From positions 7,570 to 71,569 of the forward strand of contig JBGQEL010000007.1 in assembly GCA_041496385.1 (NCBI GenBank): DNA of 64,000 bases, written 5' to 3'. Positions 37,876 to 46,837 of this stretch are shown here, piece by piece. The DNA comes from Candidatus Methylomirabilia bacterium (GTDB lineage: Bacteria > Methylomirabilota > Methylomirabilia > Rokubacteriales > CSP1-6). A program made the position numbers and the translations under genes. Below the pieces are notes generated by a model. That model saw only the letters and a program-made list of their open reading frames with translations, did not search any database and had not been told where the DNA came from. Every line of letters starts with the position of its first letter. The first letter of the stretch is position 1.

Positions 37876-37908
37876 CGCGGGGCCGCGCGTGATAGACTGG
37901 CGCTCGCG

Positions 37909-38277
37909 GTGATCGCCTCGTGGTGCTGGGACTTGGTCGCGCCCTATCTCACGCGCAATCTGTTGAACCGCGGCGTGGAGCGCCCGACGCGCCGGCAGCT
38001 CCTCGAGGAGTTCGCGCGCGTGTGGCCCGGGTGCACCGCGACGATCGGCGTGCAGGAGCCGCACGCGGGCACCATCCGCTTCAAGTGGCTCGTGCGCCTC
38101 GGCCCGGCCGAAATGGAGCCATTCCTCGAAGACCCGGGCGGCTGGATCGGCGCGCGCTACGGAGGCGGGAAGTTCAAGGTGAACCTGCACCACGGGATGC
38201 ACTTCGTGAGCACGAAGAACTTCAAGCCCGAGGGCGCGCCGCGCTGGAAGGACGCGCCCGAGCTGGTTCTCGACTAG
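37909..38277 (+). CDS. hypothetical protein
   Basis: 122-aa ORF with a GTG start. No recognisable domain. Follows the LOG gene. Confidence 0.45.
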   Translation: MIASWCWDLVAPYLTRNLLNRGVERPTRRQLLEEFARVWPGCTATIGVQEPHAGTIRFKWLVRLGPAEMEPFLEDPGGWIGARYGGGKFKVNLHHGMHFVSTKNFKPEGAPRWKDAPELVLD

Positions 38278-38286
38278 GAGCCCTCC

Positions 38287-38469
38287 ATGCCGAGCGACGA
38301 GACCCGCCGCGTGCTGAAGCTGTTCGGAGTGGCCGTGACGAATCTCGAGGACGCCCTGGATCGCCAGGCACCGTTCGAGGAGATCATGAAGTGGGACCAG
38401 GAGGTCGCCACGCGGACGCGTGAGACGTTCGCGCTGGTCGACCGGCTCCGGAGCCGGCGCATCGCGTGA
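38287..38469 (+). CDS. hypothetical small protein (60 aa)
   Basis: AGGAG RBS 7 nt upstream of the ATG. Its stop overlaps the start of the following SBP gene. Confidence 0.4.
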   Translation: MPSDETRRVLKLFGVAVTNLEDALDRQAPFEEIMKWDQEVATRTRETFALVDRLRSRRIA

Positions 38470-39305
38470 CGCCCCTCACCGACGCCTCGGGCGTCGAGCT
38501 CGTCCTGCCGCGACCGCCGCGGCGGATCGTCTCCCTGATTCCCAGCACCACCGAGACACTCTGCGCCCTCGGGCTCGCCGACGCCCTCGTCGGGGTCACG
38601 GTCTATTGCTCCGAGCCGGCCGAGATCGTGCGCGCCAAGACGCGAATCGGCGGCGAGAAGAACCCCGACCTCGAGCGGATCCGCGCCCTCGCCCCTGACC
38701 TGGTCGTCGCCAACGTCGAGGAGAATGTCCGCGAGCACGTCGACGCCCTGCGCGCGTGGTCCATCCCCGTCTGGGTGACCTATCCCCGCACGGCGGAGGA
38801 CAGCCTCCGCATGATCCGCGAGCTGGGAGAGGTGACGGGCGCGCGGGCGCCCGCGGCGGCGCTCCTCGGAGAGCTGGAACCGCTCTACGCGCGCGTGAGG
38901 GCGGCCAGCGCCGCGCGCCCGCCGGTGGACACCTTCTACGCGATCTGGCGCGGGCCGTACATGACGATCGGCGCGGACACCTACATTCACGACGTGCTGG
39001 CGGTCTGTGGCGGGCGGAACGTCTTCGGCGACCGGCCCGAGCGATACCCGCCGGTCACCCTCGAGGAGATCGCCGCGCGGCGGCCCGCGGTGATCCTCCT
39101 GCCCGACGAGCCGTTCCGGTTCCGCAGGGCGCACCTGGACGACTTCGCGCCCTACCGGGAGATCCCCGCGGTGCGGGACGGCCGGGTGCACCTGGTGGAC
39201 GGCAAGCCGTTCTCCTGGCACGGGCCGCGCCTCGCCGAAGCGCTGCGCACGCTCCCGGCGCTCCTCGCGGGGACCGGTCGCGACGCGGACGGGCCCCGAC
39301 GCTAG
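38466..39305 (+). CDS. ABC-transporter periplasmic substrate-binding protein, BtuF/TroA-like (cobalamin/siderophore cluster)
   Basis: Class III SBP pattern (RIVSLIPSTTETLCALGL, DLVVAN). 279 aa. No permease or ATPase is adjacent. Confidence 0.75.
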   Translation: MTPLTDASGVELVLPRPPRRIVSLIPSTTETLCALGLADALVGVTVYCSEPAEIVRAKTRIGGEKNPDLERIRALAPDLVVANVEENVREHVDALRAWSIPVWVTYPRTAEDSLRMIRELGEVTGARAPAAALLGELEPLYARVRAASAARPPVDTFYAIWRGPYMTIGADTYIHDVLAVCGGRNVFGDRPERYPPVTLEEIAARRPAVILLPDEPFRFRRAHLDDFAPYREIPAVRDGRVHLVDGKPFSWHGPRLAEALRTLPALLAGTGRDADGPRR

Positions 39306-39318
39306 CGAGCGCGCCGGC

Positions 39319-39471
39319 TCAGTCGCGCTTGCGCGCCGGCAGGAACCGCTCGAGCCAGGGCGCGGCCGCGGCCATGAAGAGACCCGGGACGGCGACGCCG
39401 CTGATGAGCCCCAGGATCGAGAGGAAGACCAGCGAGATCAGCGTGATCAGAAGATCGAGGAAGGGAGCCAT
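39319..39471 (-). CDS. candidate 50-aa hydrophobic peptide (not in the ORF track, below 60 aa)
   Basis: MAPFLDLLITLISLVFLSILGLISGVAVPGLFMAAAAPWLERFLPARKRD. It starts 8 nt after the stop of the sensor gene on the same strand. Confidence 0.3.
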   Translation of the reverse strand: MAPFLDLLITLISLVFLSILGLISGVAVPGLFMAAAAPWLERFLPARKRD

Positions 39472-39479
39472 GGCCTTCG

Positions 39480-40616
39480 TCAGTGTACGTCGCTCGACTT
39501 GTGGATGTCCAGCATCGGCGGCAAGCCCGGGCGGGGAGGCGTGCGCTCGATGCGCGTGATGCGGGTCATGCGCCCGACGATGTCGCGGATACGCTGCGCG
39601 GCGCCGGCCGCCCGATCGAGCCAGCGCCGCTCCTGGGCGTCGATCGCCACGCGGCGTGAGAACAGCTCGAGCGAGCCGACGATGACCGTGAGCGGGTTGT
39701 TGATCTCGTGCGCGGCGGCGCTCGCCACGAGGGTGATGGCGCGCAGGTCCTCGGCCTGGCGCTGCGCGGCCTCGGCATTTTCGCGCTCGACCGACTCGCG
39801 GTAGATGACGATCTCATAGCGCCGGCCGTCATGATCCACGATCCGCCGCGTCGAATCGACGCGGATGACGTCGCCGGAGGCGCGGCGGTAGGGGTTGCCG
39901 AAGGCCCGCGCGAACCCGTGGGCGCGGGCCTCGGCGATCGAGGTCTCGCGAAGCGCGCGGAGCTCCGGCTCCTCGGGCCAGAAGTCACGAACGTCGCGGC
40001 CGATGAGCGCCGAGCGCGGGTAGCCCGAGAGCTCGCAATCGCGGCGGTTCACGTCGAGGATCCGGAACGTGTCGGGGTCCACGATGCGGATCGCGTCCGA
40101 GGCCTCGTCGATGATCGCGCGGAAGCGCGCGTGCTCCTCGGCGAATCGCGCCTCCGCGACGACGTCGTGGAAGAGGCGGGCGACGACGCCGATCCCGATC
40201 ACGGTGACGCCGAGGAGGTGCAGCCAGGCGCGCCCGATGATCTCGAGCCCGCGCGCGCCGAGCAGGGTGAAGCCCGCGAGGAGCAGGGCGTACACCGCGA
40301 GGCTCAGGGCCAGCGCGTGGCGCGGCCCGACGTCTCTGTCGCGGCGTGCCCACGCACAGGCCAGGGCCGCCGCGCCCGCCGTGGCGAGGAGCGTCAGGAC
40401 GCTGGCGACGGTGCCGACGCCGCCGAGCCAGATGCGGTAGGCGACGGCGACCACGGCGGCGATGAAGCCGGCGCTCCCGCCTTCGAAGAGGCCGACGAGC
40501 GCCACGGGGACCACGCGCGAGTCGAGCCAGACCCCCTCGTCGATCTGAAGGCGCAGCATCATCAGCACGGCGGCGATCGTGCCGAAGGCCGAGCCGGTCA
40601 GGACGGCGCGCCGCAC
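39480..40616 (-). CDS. membrane sensor with 5TM LytS-like domain, PAS and HisKA (DHp) domain but no HATPase_c catalytic domain
   Basis: N-terminal 5 hydrophobic helices, then a PAS-like segment, then an H-box (AAAHEINNPLTVIVGSLELF). The protein ends about 60 aa later without N/G1/G2 ATP-binding boxes. Start is GTG at 40616. Confidence 0.7.
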   Translation of the reverse strand: MRRAVLTGSAFGTIAAVLMMLRLQIDEGVWLDSRVVPVALVGLFEGGSAGFIAAVVAVAYRIWLGGVGTVASVLTLLATAGAAALACAWARRDRDVGPRHALALSLAVYALLLAGFTLLGARGLEIIGRAWLHLLGVTVIGIGVVARLFHDVVAEARFAEEHARFRAIIDEASDAIRIVDPDTFRILDVNRRDCELSGYPRSALIGRDVRDFWPEEPELRALRETSIAEARAHGFARAFGNPYRRASGDVIRVDSTRRIVDHDGRRYEIVIYRESVERENAEAAQRQAEDLRAITLVASAAAHEINNPLTVIVGSLELFSRRVAIDAQERRWLDRAAGAAQRIRDIVGRMTRITRIERTPPRPGLPPMLDIHKSSDVH

Positions 40617-40720
40617 GTGGTGCCACCGGCCGCTCCGGCACCAGGGGTACGTGTACGAATAGAAGAGGAGGCCGACGACGACGACGCCGACCTCCTCGAC
40701 GATCGCGTGCCAGTTGATGG

Positions 40721-41185
40721 CTACTGCACCTCGAGGATCATCTCGATCTCGACGGGGATCCCCATCGGGAGCTCGGCCATGCCGACGGCCGAGCGGGCGT
40801 GCCTGCCCACCGCCTCGCCGAACACCTGCACCATGAGATCGGAGAATCCGTTGATGACCTTGGGCTGGTCGCCGAAGCCGTCGGCCGAGTTGACCATGCC
40901 CAGCACCTTGACGACGCGCGTGACCTTGTCGAGGCTCCCGAGGCTGGCTCGCGTCGTCGCGAGCAGCGAGAGGCCGACCTCGCGCGCCACCTGAGCGCCC
41001 TGCTCGACGGTCAGCTCGCGGCCGAGCTTGCCGCGGGCCGAGGGCTTGCCGTCGGTCCGGATGGGACCGTGCCCGGAGAGGAAGAGGAGGTTGCCGACGC
41101 GGACGGCGCCGACGTAGTTCGCGAGGGGCGTGGTGGGTTGCGGCAGGACGATACCGAGCTCCTTCAGGCGTGTTTCCGCGCTCAT
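40721..41185 (-). CDS. RidA/YjgF/Endoribonuclease L-PSP family protein
   Basis: GGAGA RBS before the ATG at 41185. Typical RidA length (154 aa) and motifs (ANYVGAVRVGNLLFLSGHGP ... PVEIEMILEV). Confidence 0.8.
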   Translation of the reverse strand: MSAETRLKELGIVLPQPTTPLANYVGAVRVGNLLFLSGHGPIRTDGKPSARGKLGRELTVEQGAQVAREVGLSLLATTRASLGSLDKVTRVVKVLGMVNSADGFGDQPKVINGFSDLMVQVFGEAVGRHARSAVGMAELPMGIPVEIEMILEVQ

Positions 41186-41226
41186 GCGGACGTCTCCTTC
41201 GCGAATCGGATGACAGTGGCCGCGAA

Positions 41227-42042
41227 ATGGTGGCACACTACCTCGTGCCCGTCAAACCGACGCCGGCTCGGCCGGCCCCCGCCGCCACCCTCGTGCTGTT
41301 ACGCGACCGGACGGCGGGTCCGTTCGAGGTCCTCCTCATTCGTCGCCACGGGGCCTCGAAGTTCGCCGCCGGCGACTTCGTCTTTCCGGGAGGCAAGCTC
41401 GAGGTCGACGACACTCCCGACGACGCTCCGGCGTGGTGCCGGGGTCTCGACCTCGGCGCGGCGGCGCGTGCGCTCGGGCTCGGGCCCGGCGCGGCCGTGG
41501 GCTACTGGATCGGCGCGATCCGCGAGACGTTCGAGGAGGTCGGGATCCTGCTCGCCTACGGGCCCGACGGCGCGCCCGTGCGCGCGACCGGTGCGCGGTT
41601 CGCCGAGTATCGCCGCGCCTGTCAGGCCGACAACCGCGCCTTCTGGGCGATGCTCCGCGCCGAGCGCCTCACGCTCGCCACCGACGGGCTCGTGTACTTC
41701 GCTCACTGGATCACGCCCGTCGTGAATCCCTACCGCTTCGACACCCGCTTCTTCGCGGTCGCGGCGCCGGCCGGGCAGGAGGCCGCCGCCGACGAGCGCG
41801 AGATCACCGAGGTGCGCTGGCTGGCGCCGCGCGAGGCGCTCGACGCGAACGCGCGCGGTGAGCTCCCGCTGCGCGCGCCGACGATCAAGAATCTCCTGCT
41901 CTTCGACGGCGCCGCGGCCTCCACCGAGGCGCTCGCGCGGCTCGCCGGCCGTCCCGTTCGGACGATCATGCCCAGGGTGATCGGGGAGGGGGCCGCGCGT
42001 CGCGTGCTGCTGCCGGGCGAACCCGGCTACGACGACCCGTAG
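41227..42042 (+). CDS. NUDIX hydrolase
   Basis: Nudix box GAIRETFEEVGI (GX5EX7REUXEEXGU). 271 aa. Confidence 0.75.
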   Translation: MVAHYLVPVKPTPARPAPAATLVLLRDRTAGPFEVLLIRRHGASKFAAGDFVFPGGKLEVDDTPDDAPAWCRGLDLGAAARALGLGPGAAVGYWIGAIRETFEEVGILLAYGPDGAPVRATGARFAEYRRACQADNRAFWAMLRAERLTLATDGLVYFAHWITPVVNPYRFDTRFFAVAAPAGQEAAADEREITEVRWLAPREALDANARGELPLRAPTIKNLLLFDGAAASTEALARLAGRPVRTIMPRVIGEGAARRVLLPGEPGYDDP

Positions 42043-42103
42043 GCGCCGTCACGCCCACGGGGCCGACGAGGCCGAGGGGCCCCGGCCCGCATCGCATCCG
42101 CGA

Positions 42104-42325
42104 TCAGACGTACGCGAGAAGGCGTCCGCACGCGATCACACCCGTCCAGAGCACCTGCGCGGCGAGCGCGGCGTGCGGGTGCTCGTATCCCGCCTCCTTG
42201 ATCGTGCCGGTGAGCGTGAGCTCCTTGCTCGCGTCGTAGCCGCTCCAGCCGTGATGGGCCACCGCGGGCACGGCGAGCGCGAGGGCGCCGAGGAGCGCGA
42301 GGACGACGAGGAAACGGCTGGGCAT
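42104..42325 (-). CDS. small secreted protein (signal peptide, HHGWSGYD motif), hypothetical
   Basis: 73-aa ORF with signal peptide MPSRFLVVLALLGALALAVPAVA. Last gene of the LLM-ccr operon on the minus strand. Confidence 0.45.
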   Translation of the reverse strand: MPSRFLVVLALLGALALAVPAVAHHGWSGYDASKELTLTGTIKEAGYEHPHAALAAQVLWTGVIACGRLLAYV

Positions 42326-42339
42326 GGGAGACTTCCCTG

Positions 42340-43578
42340 TCAGTCCGCGCCCTGGCCGGCCTTCCGCGAATTCACGAGGACGCCCATGTTGCCGTACGGG
42401 TGCCTGTTCTCGAGCATGAGCTGGTGGCACTCGGGGATGTCGTCGAAGTCGTAGGTCTTCGACAGACACGGGTCCACGCGGCCCTCGGCCACGAGCGCCG
42501 TGACGGCCGCCGCCTGCTGGTCGTTGGAGAGGTGACTGCCCTGGAACCGTTTCTGGCGCATCCAGTGATAACGCAGGTCGAGCGTCGCGTTGTAGCCGGT
42601 CGTGCCGGCGCAGATGACGACCATCCCGCCCGTCGCGCAGAGGAAGACCGAGGTCGGCAGCGTCGCCTCGCCGGGATGCTCGAACACGATCCTGGGGCTG
42701 AGCCGCTCGCCGAGCGCGTCCCAGACCGCCTTGCCGAAGCCGCGGGCGCCCTTCGCCCACTCCCCGTAGGCCCTGGCGTCCTTCGTGTCGGGCATCGGCC
42801 CCCAGTGGGAGAACTGGCTGCGATCGACGACACCGACGGCGCCGTGGTCGAGGCAGAACTTCTTCTTCGCCTCGTCGGAGACGACGGCGATCGCGCGACC
42901 GCCGATCGCCCGCGTGATCTCGAGCGCCATGCTGCCCAGCCCCCCCGCGCCGCCCCAGACCAGGACCGCGTCCCCGGGCTCGACGACGTGCGGAGGCCAG
43001 CCCATCAGCATCCGGTACGCCGTCGAGGCGCAGAGCAGGAAGCACCCGGCCGCCTCCCACGTGAGGCGCTTCGGCTTCGGGATGCACTGATGGGCCTGGG
43101 CGCGCGCGAACTGGCCGTAGCTGCCGTAGTTGGTCTGGTAACCCCAGATGCGCGTCGACTCGGCCAGCATCGGGTCCTTGCCCGAGCGCACCCAGGGATC
43201 GTCGGGACGCCACCAGCCGCTGTGGACGACGACCTGGTCGCCGATCCTGACGCTCGTGACGTCTCGACCGACCGCCCAGACGATGCCCGAGCAGTCGCTG
43301 CCGCCCAGGTGGAAGTCCTCGGGCTCACCCGCCTTCTGCCGCTCGGCGATCACGTCGAGCGGCTGGCCCAGCGCGGCCCACACGTTGTTGTAGTTGATGC
43401 CCGAAGCCATGACGTAGATCAGCGCCTCGTCGGGACCGATCGGGGGCGTCGGTACCACTTCGCGCTTCCAGGCGTCGCGCGGCTGGCCGAAGCGGCTCTG
43501 GCGCACGAGGTAGGCGTGCATCTGCTTCGGCACCTCGCCGAGCGGCGGCTTGTCTCCCAGGTCGTAGAGGTCTCTCAT
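42340..43578 (-). CDS. ccr: crotonyl-CoA carboxylase/reductase family enoyl-CoA reductase (MDR superfamily)
   Basis: Start MRDLYDLGDKPPLGEV. CCR-type motifs (ASGINYNNVWAALG, GGSDCSGIVWAVG, VWGGAGGLGSMA). ATGA overlap with the upstream LLM gene. 412 aa. Confidence 0.75.
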   Translation of the reverse strand: MRDLYDLGDKPPLGEVPKQMHAYLVRQSRFGQPRDAWKREVVPTPPIGPDEALIYVMASGINYNNVWAALGQPLDVIAERQKAGEPEDFHLGGSDCSGIVWAVGRDVTSVRIGDQVVVHSGWWRPDDPWVRSGKDPMLAESTRIWGYQTNYGSYGQFARAQAHQCIPKPKRLTWEAAGCFLLCASTAYRMLMGWPPHVVEPGDAVLVWGGAGGLGSMALEITRAIGGRAIAVVSDEAKKKFCLDHGAVGVVDRSQFSHWGPMPDTKDARAYGEWAKGARGFGKAVWDALGERLSPRIVFEHPGEATLPTSVFLCATGGMVVICAGTTGYNATLDLRYHWMRQKRFQGSHLSNDQQAAAVTALVAEGRVDPCLSKTYDFDDIPECHQLMLENRHPYGNMGVLVNSRKAGQGAD

Positions 43579-44591
43579 GCGTTGAACTCTTTGACGAGCC
43601 GCGGAAGGCGCGGGTCGTCGAGGCCGGGCTGGTAGGGCTGATAGAGCGCGGTCCGGTCGAGCAGCCCGGCGTAGCGCTCTCTCAGCGCGCGGCCGATCGT
43701 GTCGTACGTGCCGGTGACGGCGAAGGTGTCCACCATCTCGTCGCTGATCAGGTCGGCCATGCCCTTCCAGTCGCCCTCGACCGACTTCCGGTGCAGCGCG
43801 GGCGTCAGGTCCTGCCAGCCGTGCGCCGCAAGCACCGGCTCGTAGGTGCGCGTCGAGGCGTAGAAGGAGATCTGCTGCTTCACCGCCTGCCTGTTCGCCG
43901 CCAGCTCCTGCTCGGTGTCGCCGACGACCACGAAGGACGCGGTCGTGTAGGTGAAGTCCTCGCGCTTCCGGCCCGAGGCCGCGAGGCCGTCGTTCACGGC
44001 GGGCTGGACATACTCGCGCAGGTACTTCGGGCTGTTGAACGGGTGCACGTGGAGACCGTCGCAGACTTCGCCCGCGATCCGGCACATGTACTTGTTGACG
44101 CCCGCGATGTAGATGGGAATCGTCGGCTGCGCGATGGGGCCGGGATTGAAGAAGGGCGTCATCAGGTCGAAGCGGTAGAACTGCCCCTTGAAGTTGAGCT
44201 TCGTCCCGTTCTGCCAGCAGTCCCAGATGGTCCGGAGGGCCAGCACGATCTCGCGCATCTTCGGGCCCGGCGACTCGAACTTCACCGAGAATCGGCGCTC
44301 GTTGTGGCCCTTCACCTGGGTGCCGAGACCCAGGAGGAAGCGCCCGTCTGACGCCTTCTGCAGGTCCCAGGCGATGTGCGCCAGGACCATCGGACTCCGC
44401 GGAAACGTCACCGCGATCGCGGTGCCGAGTTTGATGGTCGAGGTGACGGTGGCCGCCACGGCGAGCGGCAGGAACGGATCGTGCTGGGTCTCCGAGGACC
44501 ACAGGCAGTCGTACCCCATCGCCTCTACCCTGCGCGCGTAGCCGGGGATGGACTTGAGATCGTGGGTCAGCATGCCGACATCGAGTTTCAC
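43575..44591 (-). CDS. LLM-class (luciferase-like) F420-dependent oxidoreductase
   Basis: Luciferase-like TIM-barrel motifs (GYDCLWSSETQHDPF, GLGTQVKGHNERRF). 338 aa. Confidence 0.8.
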   Translation of the reverse strand: MKLDVGMLTHDLKSIPGYARRVEAMGYDCLWSSETQHDPFLPLAVAATVTSTIKLGTAIAVTFPRSPMVLAHIAWDLQKASDGRFLLGLGTQVKGHNERRFSVKFESPGPKMREIVLALRTIWDCWQNGTKLNFKGQFYRFDLMTPFFNPGPIAQPTIPIYIAGVNKYMCRIAGEVCDGLHVHPFNSPKYLREYVQPAVNDGLAASGRKREDFTYTTASFVVVGDTEQELAANRQAVKQQISFYASTRTYEPVLAAHGWQDLTPALHRKSVEGDWKGMADLISDEMVDTFAVTGTYDTIGRALRERYAGLLDRTALYQPYQPGLDDPRLPRLVKEFNA

Positions 44592-44658
44592 GGGCCTCTC
44601 CTTGTAGGGGGTGCCCTATTGTAGCGGGGTCGGCGGGGCCGCGACAGGGGGCGGGGTG

Positions 44659-44916
44659 TCAGCGCCCCTCGGCGCGCTCGCCCCGCAGCGTCATCACGGT
44701 CGAGCTGGCCTGCGCCACGAGGTGTTGCTGCGCGTCGGCGACGTCGCACAGGATGCCGCCGTGCAGCGTGCCCATCGGATTCGGGTGGCGCTCCGTCGCC
44801 TCGAACTCGAGCACGGCACGGCCCGGCTCCACGCGCGTGGGCGCGAATCCGATCAGCGTCGCGATCGGAGGCGGGGGGAGCTCCCCCCGCTGCATCTTCA
44901 GGATCAGGTCGAGCAT
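44659..44916 (-). pseudogene. hotdog-fold thioesterase (PaaI-like) N-terminal fragment; likely truncated or frameshifted
   Basis: 85-aa ORF. Its first ~65 aa match the PaaI-type N-terminus (LIGFAPTRVEPGRAVLEFEATERHPNPMGTLHGGILCDVAD). The rest diverges and stops, and the central helix/beta-sheet of the fold is missing. Confidence 0.35.
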
Positions 44917-44932
44917 CGTGGGCGTGGGCTCC

Positions 44933-45406
44933 TCACCGGCCGCGCTTGACGAGCATGGCGAAGACCATGGCGTGCGTCACGAACAGGGCCGGCACCACGA
45001 ACGTGGGGATGTAGTACGCGGCGCCCAGGCTCACGCCGAGCCGGACGCCCCGCGCGACCGCGTTGAGCAGGTCGAGCGTGCCGACGACGTTGAAGAGCCA
45101 GACGAGCGCGAGCGCCGCCGGCCAGCGGGCCCGGAGGGCGACGATCGCCAGCAGCGCGAGGAGGGCCGCCAGCAGGTCGCCGTACGCCGCCGGAATCGCG
45201 AATGCGGGCTCGAGGGCTCCGCCCACGACCGCCGGAACGAGGAAGACCATGCCCATATGACGGAACGCGTGGAGAAACAGCAGCGGTGTCAGCGCGGATG
45301 CGAGCGGCAGGGCCGCCAGGGCCGGCGCCAGATACCAGCGGGCGATGAGCGCGTAGAGGATCAGGCTGAGCAGGAACTGCATGCCGAAGATCTGCAAGGT
45401 CGTCAT
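44933..45406 (-). CDS. hypothetical membrane protein (4 TM)
   Basis: 157-aa hydrophobic ORF. Its stop overlaps the MATE gene start region (operon-like). Confidence 0.5.
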   Translation of the reverse strand: MTTLQIFGMQFLLSLILYALIARWYLAPALAALPLASALTPLLFLHAFRHMGMVFLVPAVVGGALEPAFAIPAAYGDLLAALLALLAIVALRARWPAALALVWLFNVVGTLDLLNAVARGVRLGVSLGAAYYIPTFVVPALFVTHAMVFAMLVKRGR

Positions 45407-46779
45407 GGGTTTCTCCGTTCATTCCAGGCGCCCAGATGGATGGCGCCCGCCAGAATGCCGCCGAAGAGCACGAGGGCCGCCGCCATCACGGCGAACAGCG
45501 CGCCGAGACCGCCGCCGGCCCAGTGGAGGACCACCCAGCCACCCGCCGCCGCCACGGTGAGACGCGTCGCGCCCGCGAGCAGCGGCCAGAGCAGCCGGCC
45601 GGCGCCCTGCGAGGCGAAGTAGAGCGCGAGCCCGAGGCCGAAGAATCCATACGTCGGACCGACCACGCGCAGGTACGCGGCGCCGGCGGCGATGACCTCG
45701 GGCTCGGCGCTGAAGAGGCGGAGCCACGCGTGTGGAAAGAGGGCGGCCGCGAGCCCGATCGCCTCGGTCACGCCGGCCGCCATCGCGGCGCCGGTCCATG
45801 CCACGCGGCGGCCGCGCTCGCGCCGGCCCGCGCCGACGTTCGTGCCAACCATCGTGACGAGAGCCGAGCCGAAGCCGAAGACGAGCGGGATCTGGAGGTA
45901 TTCGAGGCGCGCGCCCATGCCGTACCCGGCGAGCGCGAAGGTCCCGAACGGGCCGACCAGCGCCGTGAGCAGGACGACCGTGAGGTTCGTCTGGACGTTG
46001 TTCACGAGGCTCGGCGCCCCGACCCTCAGGATGTCGACGAAGAGGGCGCCCCGGAGGCGCGCGGCGGACGCCGTGAGCCGGACGAGACTCCGGCCCGAGA
46101 GCAGGTAGCCGAGGAACACGAGCGTGCCGAGCGTGTAGTACGCCACGACGGCGACCGCCGCGCCCCGTACGCCGAGCGCGGGCAGGGGACCCCAGCCGAA
46201 GATGAGCGCCGGGGAGAGGGCCAGGAGCACCACGCTGCCGCCGAGCGCCACCCCCGCCGGCAGACGCATGTTGCCGGTGCCGCGGACGACCGCGGCGAGC
46301 GTGTTGAAGAGCCAGACCGCCGCCGCGCCGGCGAAGATCACGTTCGAGTAGGCGAGCGCCGCCGCGAGCGCGCCGTCACGCGCGCCCATGGCGCGGTAGA
46401 TGGCCGGCCCGCCGCCGAGGATCGCCGCGCTGAAGGCCGCGGCCATCGCGAGCGCGATCACCAGCGCGTGCGCGACGAGCGCACTCGCGTCCGCCCGGCG
46501 GCCGGCGCCGAGCGCGCGCGCGACCGCCGCGGAGACGCCGCCGCCCATCCCCCCGGCGGACATCGTCTGCATGAGCATGACCAGGGGAAAGGTGACCGAG
46601 ACGCCGGCCAGCGCGTCGGCACCGAGCCAGCCGACGAAGTAGGCCTCGAGGACGTTGATCGCCACCTGCGCGACGAGCATGACCACGTTGGGCGCGGCCA
46701 GCACGAGGAGCGTGGGGGCGATGGGCCCCTCGAGGAGGCGGCGCGTGGCCGGGGCGAGCGGGGTCTCGATGGAGGCCAT
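45403..46779 (-). CDS. MATE-family efflux transporter
   Basis: 458 aa, 12 TM, MATE (NorM/DinF-like) pattern. Confidence 0.85.
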   Translation of the reverse strand: MASIETPLAPATRRLLEGPIAPTLLVLAAPNVVMLVAQVAINVLEAYFVGWLGADALAGVSVTFPLVMLMQTMSAGGMGGGVSAAVARALGAGRRADASALVAHALVIALAMAAAFSAAILGGGPAIYRAMGARDGALAAALAYSNVIFAGAAAVWLFNTLAAVVRGTGNMRLPAGVALGGSVVLLALSPALIFGWGPLPALGVRGAAVAVVAYYTLGTLVFLGYLLSGRSLVRLTASAARLRGALFVDILRVGAPSLVNNVQTNLTVVLLTALVGPFGTFALAGYGMGARLEYLQIPLVFGFGSALVTMVGTNVGAGRRERGRRVAWTGAAMAAGVTEAIGLAAALFPHAWLRLFSAEPEVIAAGAAYLRVVGPTYGFFGLGLALYFASQGAGRLLWPLLAGATRLTVAAAGGWVVLHWAGGGLGALFAVMAAALVLFGGILAGAIHLGAWNERRNP

Positions 46780-46837
46780 GTAACTTGTTATTCTATAGTG
46801 ACTAGCTTTTCTGTCAAGCGCCCGCTATACTCGATGC

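Noticed and set aside
40617-40720. TGGCAC-containing sequence upstream of the truncated sensor gene (read on the minus strand: ctggcacgcgatcgtcg) as a third sigma-54 promoter.
   Set aside because: The -12 element is CGTC, with no GC at the required spacing, so it does not fit TGGCAC-N5-TTGC.
44611-44949. Plus-strand ORF 44611..44949 (112 aa) overlapping the thioesterase fragment.
   Set aside because: Gly/Arg-rich low-complexity translation, antisense to an ORF with a recognisable hotdog N-terminus.
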